Virus record (IMG/VR): IMGVR_UViG_3300034410_000474
Span: 17,575-81,574 of that record
Reading direction: 5' to 3' (one strand)
DNA from: a virus
Taxonomy: Duplodnaviria > Caudoviricetes
DNA length: 64,000 nucleotides
Shown here: positions 54,414-63,638 of the stretch, in pieces
Numbering within the stretch: position 1 is the stretch's first letter
Layout of the letters: each line of letters starts with the position of its first letter
Translations under genes and position numbers: made by a program
The notes under the pieces: model-generated
What the model was told of the DNA's origin: nothing
The model's input: only the letters and a program-made list of their open reading frames with translations
Database searches by the model: none

Positions 54414-55540
54414 TAGAGACTGAATCCAGAAAATGTATCTTTATCAACATCTTGTTTAGTTCCACCTTGTACATATGAAGTAATCTCTGTTTCTTGTGGA
54501 GCAACTTGTACATCAGCTCCTGAGATCCATTTTTGAGTCCAAGGTAATGGATTGTTCTTAATAGAATACGGTGACTGTAATTTTACATTAGTCATACGAC
54601 GAGTAGCAATAAACTCGATATATTGATGTAGCAATTCAGCATTAAGACCGATCATAGAACCATCTCTAAACAAGTAATTAGCCCACTCTTTTTCTTGATC
54701 TACTGCGTCAACAAACATTTGAATACATTCAGCTTCTGTTTCTTCAGAGATCTTTACAAAATCTTTATCTTCTTTCTTTAAAAGTTTAAGCATCATTTGA
54801 GTAGAGGCAAGGTGCAAGTTTTCATCACGAGCAATAAGCTTAATAATTTTAGCGTTACCTTCCATCTTCTTTAATTCTGCAAAAGCCCAAGAACAAGCAA
54901 ATGATACGTAGAAACGAACACCTTCAAGAATGTTAACACTCATTAATGTAAGATATAATAGTTTCTTTAATTCGTACATATCAACTTTTACTTTTTTACC
55001 GTTGACAGTATGTGTGCCTTCACCTAATAGATTATAGTAACCAGTCATTTCAATAAGACGATCATAGTAACCTGAAATAGAATCTGCGCAATCAACAATT
55101 TCTTTTACATTCAACATCTCATCAAAAATCTTAGATGGATTAGAATAAATGTTACGAATAATATGTGTATATGAACGACTATGGATCGTTTCAGAGAACG
55201 TCCAAGTAATAATCCAGTTTTCGAGTTCTGGTAAAGAAACAATAGATCCAAAACTTTCAGCAGGTGCACGACCTTGTACTGAGTCTAATAGAATCTGTCG
55301 TTTAAGGTTAGACGTAAAAATATGCTGCTCATGCGCAGTTAATGCTTTAAAATCTTTTGCATCTTGATAGATGTCAACTTCTTCTGGTCGCCAGAAGAAA
55401 CCAAGTTGCTTATCAGTCAACTGATCAAACTGCTTGTACTTAAGTGTGTCGTAACGTTGAATTGTTGGTCCACCGGTTGGATCTAAAAAAGAACTAACGG
55501 ATGTATGGTCAACGCGGTTATTTACGTCAAAAACGCTCAT
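54413..55540 (-). CDS. nrdB: Ribonucleotide reductase class Ia beta subunit
   Basis: [42 protein letters not shown]. Confidence 0.98.
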   Translation of the reverse strand: MSVFDVNNRVDHTSVSSFLDPTGGPTIQRYDTLKYKQFDQLTDKQLGFFWRPEEVDIYQDAKDFKALTAHEQHIFTSNLKRQILLDSVQGRAPAESFGSIVSLPELENWIITWTFSETIHSRSYTHIIRNIYSNPSKIFDEMLNVKEIVDCADSISGYYDRLIEMTGYYNLLGEGTHTVNGKKVKVDMYELKKLLYLTLMSVNILEGVRFYVSFACSWAFAELKKMEGNAKIIKLIARDENLHLASTQMMLKLLKKEDKDFVKISEETEAECIQMFVDAVDQEKEWANYLFRDGSMIGLNAELLHQYIEFIATRRMTNVKLQSPYSIKNNPLPWTQKWISGADVQVAPQETEITSYVQGGTKQDVDKDTFSGFSL

Positions 55541-55607
55541 TTATTTTATTCCTTTGTATGAGATACTATTACTTCTATATTATCATATAAATTAAAAATG
55601 TCAATCA

Positions 55608-57917
55608 TTAAATTTTGCAAGATTCGCAATCTTCATCATCTATTTCGCCTTGCGCGAGTTCGTCATCACCGGACATTTTATCGACATCGATTTCGCCTTG
55701 ACCATCGAACGTATTAAAATAATACAATTGCTTACCACCGTACTTATAGAACATAAGTAAGTGTTGCAATAATACGCTCATTGGTATCTTTTCGTCTTCA
55801 AAGAATTGTGGGTTATAACTTGTATTTACAGAAATTCCTTGGTCAATATATTTCTGTAGAACAGCCATAATTTTTAAGTAACCTTCAGGAGATTTTTGAT
55901 CCCACAACAGATCATATTTATTCTTTAAACGTCTGTACTCTGGAACTACTTGCTTCAGAACACCGTGTTTACTTTGTTTTACACTAATTAAACTGCGTGG
56001 TGGTTCAATACCGTTGGTAGCGTTTGCGATTTGAGCTGACGTTTCAGATGGCATAAGAGCCATTAATGTAGAGTTACGAATACCTGTTTCTTTTAATTGC
56101 TTACGCAATCCTTTCCAATCTTGACGTTCTTTATGTTTTACTAATTCATCAAGATCTTTCTTATATGTTTGGTTGGGTGTAATGCCTTGGCCATACTTAG
56201 TTTCATCAATACCAGAGATGTTACCCATTTCAATTGCAAGATCAGCAGAAGCTTTGGTAAGATAATATGCCCAAGCTTCAGCGTACTCATCGACCAATTC
56301 TAGTCCCTTAGAATCAATATCTTGATAACTTAAATCGTTCTTTGCCATCCAATATGCAAAGTTAATAATTCCAATACCGATAGGGCGACGTTTTTCTGTT
56401 GATAATTGAGCAGCAACAATTGGATAATTTTGATAACTTAACAAAGCATCTAATCCACGAACTGCAAGGTCACATGCCTTTTTAAAATCTGATGTACAGC
56501 GTATGTTACCCCAGTTAATAGCTGATAAAGTACAAAGACTGATTTCTCCTTCTTTATCATTAACATCGTTTAATGGTTTAGTTGGTAGATCAATTTCTGC
56601 ACAGAGATTTGATTGGCGAATAGGAGCAACTTCTGGTAAGAATGAACCATGCTCATTTGCATTATCAACATTTTGTAGATAGATACGACCTGTGTTTTTA
56701 CGTTCTTCCATAAACATACTGAATAGAGAAGCGGCAGGAATAGTTTTCTTACGTAATCTTGTATTGCGTTCTGCAGTTTCATATAATCTTTTAAATTCAT
56801 CTTGATCAGCATAGAATGCATCATACAAACCAGGAACATCACTTGGTGAGAACAAAGTAATATCTCCACCAGTTACTAGACGCTCATACATTAACTTATT
56901 AAACTGTACTCCATAATCCATATGACGAACACGATTATCTTCAGTACCTTTATTGTTTTTCAATACAAGAAGATCTTCTGCTTCATAGTGCCAAATAGGA
57001 TAATAGATTGTAGCTGCTCCACCACGTACGCCACCTTGAGAACAAGATTTAGTAGCAGCTTGGAACATTTTATAGAAAGGAATTATTCCTGTATGAAAGG
57101 CGTCACCTTTACGAATAGGGGTTCCAATAGCTCGTATTGAACCTCCTCCAATGCCGATTCCGGCCTTTTGTGAAACGTACTTAACAATACTTGAGCTAGT
57201 AGCATTAATACTATCAAGACTATCGTCAGTCTCAATAAGGACGCAAGAAGAGAATTGTCTTTGCGGTGTTCTAACACCAGCCATAACAGGAGTAGGCAAA
57301 CTAATATCGTGTAAACTAATAGCATCATAATAATCCTTTACATATGATAAGCGAGTTTCTTCGGGATAATTATGAAATAGCGTTGCAGCAATAAGAATGT
57401 AACACATCTGTGGAGTCTCAAAGATCTCACCAGTAACTCTATTCTGGCATAGATATTTACCACGTAATTGTTCCATTGCAACATAAGTAAGACTTTCATC
57501 TCTATCATGTTTAATAAAGCCATTGATCTTTTCCCACTCATCATCGTTATAATAATTAATGAGTTCAGGATCATAAAAGCCGTTTTCAATATTTCTTTCA
57601 ACCAATTCTTTAACAGCACAAGGTTCGTATCCACCATAAACTTCTTTACGAAGACCATAGTTGATTAAACGTCCACCTACGAACTGATAATTTGGAGTTT
57701 CTTCGCTGATGAGATCAGCTGCTGCTTTAATAAGAGTTTCTTGTATTTCTTTAGAACTAATTCCAGTGAAAAATTGTATCTGGCTTTTTATTTCTACTTC
57801 TGATGGGGAAACACCTGTAATATCGTTACACGCGTGAAAAACTACCTTATGGAGCTTTTCGACATTTAATGGCTCCTTTGATCCATCACGCTTTGCAACT
57901 TGTATAGTTTGTATCAT
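55608..57917 (-). CDS. nrdA: Ribonucleotide reductase class Ia alpha subunit with ATP cone
   Basis: KRDG, PTPVMAG, SSCVL, SNLCAEI, CTLSA, C-terminal CESCKI. Confidence 0.98.
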   Translation of the reverse strand: MIQTIQVAKRDGSKEPLNVEKLHKVVFHACNDITGVSPSEVEIKSQIQFFTGISSKEIQETLIKAAADLISEETPNYQFVGGRLINYGLRKEVYGGYEPCAVKELVERNIENGFYDPELINYYNDDEWEKINGFIKHDRDESLTYVAMEQLRGKYLCQNRVTGEIFETPQMCYILIAATLFHNYPEETRLSYVKDYYDAISLHDISLPTPVMAGVRTPQRQFSSCVLIETDDSLDSINATSSSIVKYVSQKAGIGIGGGSIRAIGTPIRKGDAFHTGIIPFYKMFQAATKSCSQGGVRGGAATIYYPIWHYEAEDLLVLKNNKGTEDNRVRHMDYGVQFNKLMYERLVTGGDITLFSPSDVPGLYDAFYADQDEFKRLYETAERNTRLRKKTIPAASLFSMFMEERKNTGRIYLQNVDNANEHGSFLPEVAPIRQSNLCAEIDLPTKPLNDVNDKEGEISLCTLSAINWGNIRCTSDFKKACDLAVRGLDALLSYQNYPIVAAQLSTEKRRPIGIGIINFAYWMAKNDLSYQDIDSKGLELVDEYAEAWAYYLTKASADLAIEMGNISGIDETKYGQGITPNQTYKKDLDELVKHKERQDWKGLRKQLKETGIRNSTLMALMPSETSAQIANATNGIEPPRSLISVKQSKHGVLKQVVPEYRRLKNKYDLLWDQKSPEGYLKIMAVLQKYIDQGISVNTSYNPQFFEDEKIPMSVLLQHLLMFYKYGGKQLYYFNTFDGQGEIDVDKMSGDDELAQGEIDDEDCESCKI

Positions 57918-57958
57918 ACTTCTTCCTTTAATAATATACTTTGATCTATCTGGTCTAC

Positions 57959-57966
57959 TATTTATA
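57959..57966 (-). promoter_or_regulatory. Late promoter-like TATAAATA before nrdA (overlaps thyA stop)
   Basis: Exact consensus; AT-rich context so chance match possible. Confidence 0.55.
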
Positions 57967-58825
57967 TTGCCATATTAGCTTTAATAGTATCATGGTGTAA
58001 ATAATTTGTCAATCTAAAAGATTTATATTCATCAATTCTATATTGACCGTTTAATTTTAATTCGAACATTCTATTAATGTCTAATGTTGGTAAGTCATAA
58101 TGATCACGTTCGAGTTGTTGTTTTACTTGTTTGAAGTGATCGTTGTAAATATGAGCATCACCAATTGTATGTACATAATCGCCTACTTCAAGTCCGCAAT
58201 GATGAGCTAGGATATGAGTTAATAAAGCATATGATGCAATATTAAATGGTACTCCTAGAAATGCATCAGCACTTCTCTGATACATTTGACAATTAAGCTT
58301 ACCGTTGTATACCCTAAACTGAGATAAGGTATGACAGGGAGGTAAAGCCATCTTATCAATTTCTGGTGGGTTCCAAGCTGAAAGAATAATACGTCTGCTA
58401 TCAGGGTTGTTCTTTAATTGATCGATAATCGTTTTGATTTGATCTGTACCACCAAAGCTACGCCATTGAGAACCATATACTGGTCCAAGCTCTTTATACA
58501 TTGAACCATTATGATATCCAAGATCTTTAGCTTGAGAATCAGCGTTTGCAGTCCATATAGTAGTTTTACCATCAAGGCTTAATCTGTTTATGCCATATGT
58601 AAGTTCAGCAAGTCTACGTTCATCGGTACTTCCTTCAAGAAACCATAGTAGTTCTGCAACTACTGATTTCCATGCAAGTTTCTTAGTAGTAACTGCAGGA
58701 AATCCTTTTTGAAGATCGAATCGCATTTGATAACCAAATATAGATCTTGTACCAACTTTGGTTCGATCACTTACATCTTCGCCTTTGTCCATAATGTCTC
58801 TGAGTAACTTATGATATACTTCCAT
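57962..58825 (-). CDS. thyA: Thymidylate synthase
   Basis: ELLWFL.G, GPVYGSQWR, ALPPCH, YQRSAD..LGVPFNIASY, GDAHIY. Confidence 0.98.
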   Translation of the reverse strand: MEVYHKLLRDIMDKGEDVSDRTKVGTRSIFGYQMRFDLQKGFPAVTTKKLAWKSVVAELLWFLEGSTDERRLAELTYGINRLSLDGKTTIWTANADSQAKDLGYHNGSMYKELGPVYGSQWRSFGGTDQIKTIIDQLKNNPDSRRIILSAWNPPEIDKMALPPCHTLSQFRVYNGKLNCQMYQRSADAFLGVPFNIASYALLTHILAHHCGLEVGDYVHTIGDAHIYNDHFKQVKQQLERDHYDLPTLDINRMFELKLNGQYRIDEYKSFRLTNYLHHDTIKANMAI

Positions 58826-59289
58826 TAATCTTTAATCCATTTTGTTATTGTTCCGAAACTTTTAATCTCCGTGCTCTCAGCACTATAGTATTCTGTAATC
58901 TTTTCTTTATCTAAGAATGTATCACATTTATAATAACCAGTCACTTCATTCAACCATAGTTCATCTATATAATATAACATAGATTCTACTAATTGAGCTC
59001 CACCGATAATCCAAACATCGTTTTTAATTTGTGGTAAGATCTTTAATATAGATTTTAAATCACCAACAACATCTGCACCTATTGGACCATTACCTGAAGT
59101 CACTACAACGTTATCTCTATTGGGTAATTTGAACGGTAAGCTTTCCCAAGTTTTGCGTCCCATAATAACTGTTGAATGTTCAGTACATTCTTTAAACCAT
59201 TTTAAATCTTCACTATTCTTTGGCCAAGGTAATCCACCGTCTTTGCCAATGCCCCATTCCTGATCGTGAGCAAGTATTCCTCTTATCAT
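58825..59289 (-). CDS. folA: Dihydrofolate reductase
   Basis: GIGKDGGLPW, DL.WFK, MGRKTWESLP, LPNR, WIIGG. Confidence 0.96.
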   Translation of the reverse strand: MIRGILAHDQEWGIGKDGGLPWPKNSEDLKWFKECTEHSTVIMGRKTWESLPFKLPNRDNVVVTSGNGPIGADVVGDLKSILKILPQIKNDVWIIGGAQLVESMLYYIDELWLNEVTGYYKCDTFLDKEKITEYYSAESTEIKSFGTITKWIKD

Positions 59290-60284
59290 GTTTTTCTCCA
59301 AGCTTGAAACTTCAACTCTGCTTGTAATCCTTTATGCGTATTATCTTCGATTAGTTTCTCGACGTTAACACCTTTGAGATGCATATCATTAATATCTTTT
59401 GCCACAACATTATCAGGCCATATACATATCTTGTAACCATTCTTGATTACACGTTCCATACGTTTATGAATCTCTTTATTACGTGGCTCAGCATCGAATA
59501 CATATATCGCATTTTCATTTGCAGAATTACCGTTACCTTCAGCGCCATTCATAGAGATAGCGTTTTCAAGGAACATACTGTCAAGTGCGCCTTCGACGAT
59601 ATAGTAAGGATGATCGAAATTAACTTTGTCGAGACCAAAGATTTTTGGTCTATCATCAAACATTATAGTTATATATCTAATTCCATCAGGGTTGAATCCA
59701 CGAGCTGATACGCCAAAACAATTGCCGTGTTCATCAACAAATGGTATAACAAGCCTTGGTTCATCTTTGCCAATATAATCAAACTTATCAGGAATAATCG
59801 TATTAATCCAAGTTTTAAACTTAGGAGCAAAGAACATTCTATAATGATGTTGAGGAGGTATTTGCCGCTTGACTACATATTTCTTAACTGGATGATCGTG
59901 ACTGAGTTGGCTAATTTTCTTTAATTCTTTAAGAGGATTTTTCTTAAATACGGGAGCTTTTGTTTTAAAATCAGTTTCTTTTTTAGTATCATCGGCGTGA
60001 GTATTTGCCACAAATTTTTCAGCAATGTAGTCATTATATAACAATGGATCGACGGTCTTCAGAAAATAATTAAAGCCCATCGAGGCACCACAGTTATGAC
60101 AATAATAGTTAAATTTGTTATCCCTTTCTAGAAGCCAACCACGGGCCTTAGAGCGGTTCTTCTGTGAATCACCACAGATAGGACATCTGAAGTTTATTTT
60201 ATAGGGATTAGTATGCTTGATCTTAAAATTATCCAGTCGACCAGATAACATCTGGGAGTACTGAATATCAACAAATTCTGCCAT
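59286..60284 (-). CDS. gp61: DNA primase gp61
   Basis: RCPICGDS...KARG..Y.CHNCG, EPRLVIP, VEGALDS, FDAEPRN. Confidence 0.95.
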   Translation of the reverse strand: MAEFVDIQYSQMLSGRLDNFKIKHTNPYKINFRCPICGDSQKNRSKARGWLLERDNKFNYYCHNCGASMGFNYFLKTVDPLLYNDYIAEKFVANTHADDTKKETDFKTKAPVFKKNPLKELKKISQLSHDHPVKKYVVKRQIPPQHHYRMFFAPKFKTWINTIIPDKFDYIGKDEPRLVIPFVDEHGNCFGVSARGFNPDGIRYITIMFDDRPKIFGLDKVNFDHPYYIVEGALDSMFLENAISMNGAEGNGNSANENAIYVFDAEPRNKEIHKRMERVIKNGYKICIWPDNVVAKDINDMHLKGVNVEKLIEDNTHKGLQAELKFQAWRKT

Positions 60285-60317
60285 AATATACACATTCCAT
60301 AGGATTACAATAATATA

Positions 60318-60353
60318 GTTGACATTATACCACAAAAGCAGCGTAATGTCAAC
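60318..60353 (-). promoter_or_regulatory. Primase promoter embedded in 10-bp inverted repeat (near copy of 29314-29355)
   Basis: GTTGACATTA-N16-TAATGTCAAC; minus TTGACA-N17-TATAAT. Confidence 0.85.
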
Positions 60354-60377
60354 GTATATTTACTTTTACTTTAGATT

Positions 60378-60406
60378 ATTATATATTAGTATTGATCAAA
60401 TGTCAA
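60378..60406 (-). promoter_or_regulatory. Second, tandem early promoter upstream of primase
   Basis: TTGACA-N17-TATAAT. Confidence 0.8.
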
Positions 60407-60900
60407 CCACCAATTAAGGCAGTCCAGTTAACTTCTGCAAACAACATAAGCACTACAAATCCGATACCCATAATATACCAACGCCACTGTTCTAATATTT
60501 TAATACGGTCATCGATTTTTGTCAACCGTACTTCAAGGGCGCCATTCATTTTACCGAGTTGAAGCATAATTTCGTCATTACGCTGTTTGCGATCAACTTG
60601 TGTTGCATTTGCTAGCTTTTCGTGATCTTGTCGAGAAGATTTACGATGGTCTTCGAGGCGACGGTGGAGAACTTCCGTGCGAGCCTTATCTTCTTCTTTA
60701 TGTTCTGCTATTCTCTGTTCTAGATCTTCGAGTTTATCGGCCGTGTTCTTTAATATTTCACCTTGAACGGCAACTTTTTGAGATACCTCAGTCATCGCTT
60801 CCAAAGCTGTGTCGAATCTTCCGAAGAACTTTTCGATCTGCTTAATATCCTTTTTGATCAGTTGGACATCTGTGTTTAAACTCGTATCTTTGTCTGACAT
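60403..60900 (-). CDS. Coiled-coil protein with C-terminal TM helix, holin candidate
   Basis: LEQWRWYIMGIGFVVLMLF; adjacent to spanins. Confidence 0.5.
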   Translation of the reverse strand: MSDKDTSLNTDVQLIKKDIKQIEKFFGRFDTALEAMTEVSQKVAVQGEILKNTADKLEDLEQRIAEHKEEDKARTEVLHRRLEDHRKSSRQDHEKLANATQVDRKQRNDEIMLQLGKMNGALEVRLTKIDDRIKILEQWRWYIMGIGFVVLMLFAEVNWTALIGG

Positions 60901-60988
60901 AACTAGAATTTATTCCTCGTTTAAAATAGAAAAAGCCCCGGAATTACTATTAATCACAGGGCCCACAACATTCTATATTCAGTTCTAT

Positions 60989-61345
60989 TTATTCATCAAA
61001 CGCATTCTCATACAATATAATAATACTTTTTTGTTGACTAATATAGGCTCTTAAATCAGAAAGATTCAATGCTATTTTTTCGTAGTCTTTTGCGGTTAAA
61101 GCAAATAAAACTTTATCATCTTTTAACTTATCAAATACTTCATCAATGTTATCTTTTGTTACAATAACAAATTCGACGTCTCTTAAATCAAGAGCATCAG
61201 GATTTGATACGATTGGTTTTGGTGGGGTTACGTATTCAGTTTCAGTTATTATCTTCGCTGGTGGCGCCACTGGAGTCGATGAGCACGCCGCTAGCAATAA
61301 GATCATCGTACAACCAAGGACACTCGCTGTTAAATGCTTTACCAT
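60989..61345 (-). CDS. Outer-membrane lipoprotein spanin (o-spanin, Rz1-like)
   Basis: Lipobox LLAA|C, Pro-rich segment, overlaps i-spanin end. Confidence 0.75.
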   Translation of the reverse strand: MVKHLTASVLGCTMILLLAACSSTPVAPPAKIITETEYVTPPKPIVSNPDALDLRDVEFVIVTKDNIDEVFDKLKDDKVLFALTAKDYEKIALNLSDLRAYISQQKSIIILYENAFDE

Positions 61346-61763
61346 TTTTTGCGTTCCTCTCTTTTTCCGTCAATAGAGCACCAGATACAATTTCAAAACA
61401 ACGATTTACTTTCGCTGATGCATTGTTAACAACTCTTTCAACTAGTCCAGGTTTAGCAGCAGCTAATGCTCCTAAATCATGTTTACCTAATCTATCTTTG
61501 AGTTGATTGTTCTGAGAACGAATTTTACTGAAACTTTCTTGAAGTTGTGTATATTGTTCTCGTTGACGCTCGAAGTTAGACTCCATCTTAGCAATGGTAT
61601 CTATATTTTTAAGATTTACTTCTTCGAGTTTGTCAACATTAGCCGTTAACGTAGCATTATATGCAGTTAACGTTTCGATTTTAGTTTGAGTGACGTCATA
61701 GTACCACGCACCGACGCCACCCATTACTAATATGATCAGACCTGTATACATGAACGAAGGCAT
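61242..61763 (-). CDS. Inner-membrane spanin (i-spanin, Rz-like)
   Basis: N-terminal TM, long coiled coil, two C-terminal Cys. Confidence 0.75.
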   Translation of the reverse strand: MPSFMYTGLIILVMGGVGAWYYDVTQTKIETLTAYNATLTANVDKLEEVNLKNIDTIAKMESNFERQREQYTQLQESFSKIRSQNNQLKDRLGKHDLGALAAAKPGLVERVVNNASAKVNRCFEIVSGALLTEKERNAKNGKAFNSECPWLYDDLIASGVLIDSSGATSEDNN

Positions 61764-61771
61764 AGTTTAAA

Positions 61772-62140
61772 TTATCCGCAATAAGAAGCGTATAATCCTT
61801 CAGCTTTAGAGCCAGCACAACCGTACTTCTCTTTCATAGCTTTTAGTACTTCAGCTTTTGAAGAACCTTTATCGTTCATAGCCTTCATTGCTTTGCCTAC
61901 TTTTTCATCATCTTCGTCATCGTCATCGTCGTCGTCATCAGATTCGTCTTCACTAGACTCATCTTCATCATCGTCGTCGTCTTCATCTTCGTCATCATCT
62001 TTGCTTTTAGCTTCCATCATTTCGACGTACTTTTCTTCAAGCTTAGTAGTGATGCGAGTCTGAATTTCTTCTTCGAATGCCTCTTTCATTTCGAGAGGGC
62101 GACCTGCCATTGCTTCTGCAACTATTTTTTCTAAAGACAT
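61772..62140 (-). CDS. Acidic late protein, gp67-like N-terminus with poly-Asp/Glu tract
   Basis: MSLEKIVAEAMAG.P.EMKEAF...I..KLEEK; long D/E run; late promoter 62175. Confidence 0.6.
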   Translation of the reverse strand: MSLEKIVAEAMAGRPLEMKEAFEEEIQTRITTKLEEKYVEMMEAKSKDDDEDEDDDDDEDESSEDESDDDDDDDDEDDEKVGKAMKAMNDKGSSKAEVLKAMKEKYGCAGSKAEGLYASYCG

Positions 62141-62174
62141 GTTAATCTCCTTTGTTTAATCTTGTATTGTTATC

Positions 62175-62182
62175 TATTTATA
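62175..62182 (-). promoter_or_regulatory. Late promoter TATAAATA
   Basis: Exact consensus ahead of 62140 and the spanins. Confidence 0.78.
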
Positions 62183-62183
62183 A

Positions 62184-63044
62184 TTATCCGAACATCTTGG
62201 CTTGAGTCGCAGGGCCTACTATACCATCGGCTACTAGTCCATTGAGTTTCTGCCACTTTTTAACTGCTGTTAATGTACCAAAGCCAAAGTCTCCATCAGC
62301 TCCAATACCCAACGCTTTTTGCATTGCTGCAACGTCATCACCTTTCATTCCCTTACGTAATGTTCGAGAACTAGATGTTGTTTTCTTTTTACCGCTTGAG
62401 CTACCGGTCTTACATTTACCTGCAAGAATAGCTTTAGCATCTTTGTATCGCTTATCCCGATCTTCTAATCCAATAGTACCACCATTAATTTTCTTGGTAA
62501 GTCCTAGGTTATCGTCATTATCGGCATAACGCTCTAATTTGTTTGTTTTCCAGAACCAACATGCTGATTCAATAGCACCTTTAGGAGTTGCTACGTATTC
62601 TGCTGCTTCTTCTGCTGTGATTCCAATTGACTTTGCGAATGCTGTATAATTATTTCTGCCTGTAAGTTGCTTAATGCCACGGCCCCTAAATCTCCAACCG
62701 TCCCCAGGTTCTGTATTACCCAAGGCACCTCGTTTAGACCGGAATTCATCTTGGTAGACGTAGTTTGCAATCTCTTTAGGATTGCGAGCATAATCTTTCG
62801 CATTTCGTTTTCCTTTTCCAAAATAACGACCAAACACAGAATTAAGTGCTTTTTCGCTATAGTTTAAGTTTTCTTCAAGGCGCGTAAAGTCAGCCGACTC
62901 ATGTGCGCATTGTGCCATAAACCCTGCAACACGAAGATCTGTATTGATCTCATATTCTTCAAATAAAACGGTGGCAGCATCGTACCACTCTTCTGGATTT
63001 TTATTACGAGGAATCATAGCGCTAAATTGTTCTAGTGTAATCAT
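62184..63044 (-). CDS. GH19 (chitinase-like) endolysin with C-terminal peptidoglycan-binding domain
   Basis: AGFMAQCAHES, LEENLNYS, GDGWRFRGRG..QLTGRNNY, SACWFW, INGG..GL.DR; LRKGMKG.DV..Q..LG..DG.FG..T. Confidence 0.92.
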   Translation of the reverse strand: MITLEQFSAMIPRNKNPEEWYDAATVLFEEYEINTDLRVAGFMAQCAHESADFTRLEENLNYSEKALNSVFGRYFGKGKRNAKDYARNPKEIANYVYQDEFRSKRGALGNTEPGDGWRFRGRGIKQLTGRNNYTAFAKSIGITAEEAAEYVATPKGAIESACWFWKTNKLERYADNDDNLGLTKKINGGTIGLEDRDKRYKDAKAILAGKCKTGSSSGKKKTTSSSRTLRKGMKGDDVAAMQKALGIGADGDFGFGTLTAVKKWQKLNGLVADGIVGPATQAKMFG

Positions 63045-63637
63045 TTTGTAGGTGCTCCCATTATATCTCTAAGTCTTTTCTTCTTATCTGATTTATTAGA
63101 CTTAGTCCATTTCTTTTGTGCTTGTTTAGACATATGACCAGCGTCCATGCCTGCTATTCCACCAGCGCCTACTGAGTTAGCGGCTGGTTCTTCTTCAAGT
63201 TCAGGTTTAGTGTTAATTTTTTCAAATAAAGTTTCAACTTCTTCATTTAAAGCCTTGACATCTGCGTCTTCTTTGATATAATTGACATATCGGTCATTAA
63301 ACAACAGTAATGATTCTTTTAGCTGTTCATCAGTAAGGTCTTCGTTAAGTAATGATTCATCGCTGAAATGATTATATTCTTTGATTAAGAATAAGGCAGC
63401 AGCATAAGATGCAAGCTTAGAACCGCCACCAGGAACTTTAGCTAACAATCTTTTCATGTTTCGTACCATCACATCAAAAACACCGAATGCCTTCTTTTGT
63501 TTAGGATCTCGGTCTTTCTTTTTGATTAATACGTTACCATCAGCGTCTATAACGCCTTGCTTAAAGCCTTCCCACTTATTAAATGGAGTAGCTAAACGTC
63601 TTACAAATTGATAAACTAAAAATAGATCTACGACCAT
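63041..63637 (-). CDS. Conserved T4-like phage protein
   Basis: VDLFLVYQF.RRL.TPF..W..G.ID..GN; LEEEPAANSVGAGGIAG. Confidence 0.75.
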   Translation of the reverse strand: MVVDLFLVYQFVRRLATPFNKWEGFKQGVIDADGNVLIKKKDRDPKQKKAFGVFDVMVRNMKRLLAKVPGGGSKLASYAAALFLIKEYNHFSDESLLNEDLTDEQLKESLLLFNDRYVNYIKEDADVKALNEEVETLFEKINTKPELEEEPAANSVGAGGIAGMDAGHMSKQAQKKWTKSNKSDKKKRLRDIMGAPTK

Positions 63638-63638
63638 T

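Noticed and set aside
55576-55604. Promoter upstream of nrdB
   Set aside because: TTGACA is present but the -10 is only TAATAT at 16-bp spacing; too weak to list as a feature.
9568-60284. Introns or inteins in gp17, nrdA, nrdB, thyA, primase, ligase
   Set aside because: All are uninterrupted and of normal length, with no intein splice motifs.
61900-62010. Low-complexity (TCA/TCG)n tract as a DNA repeat element
   Set aside because: It simply encodes the poly-Asp/Glu segment of 61772..62140.
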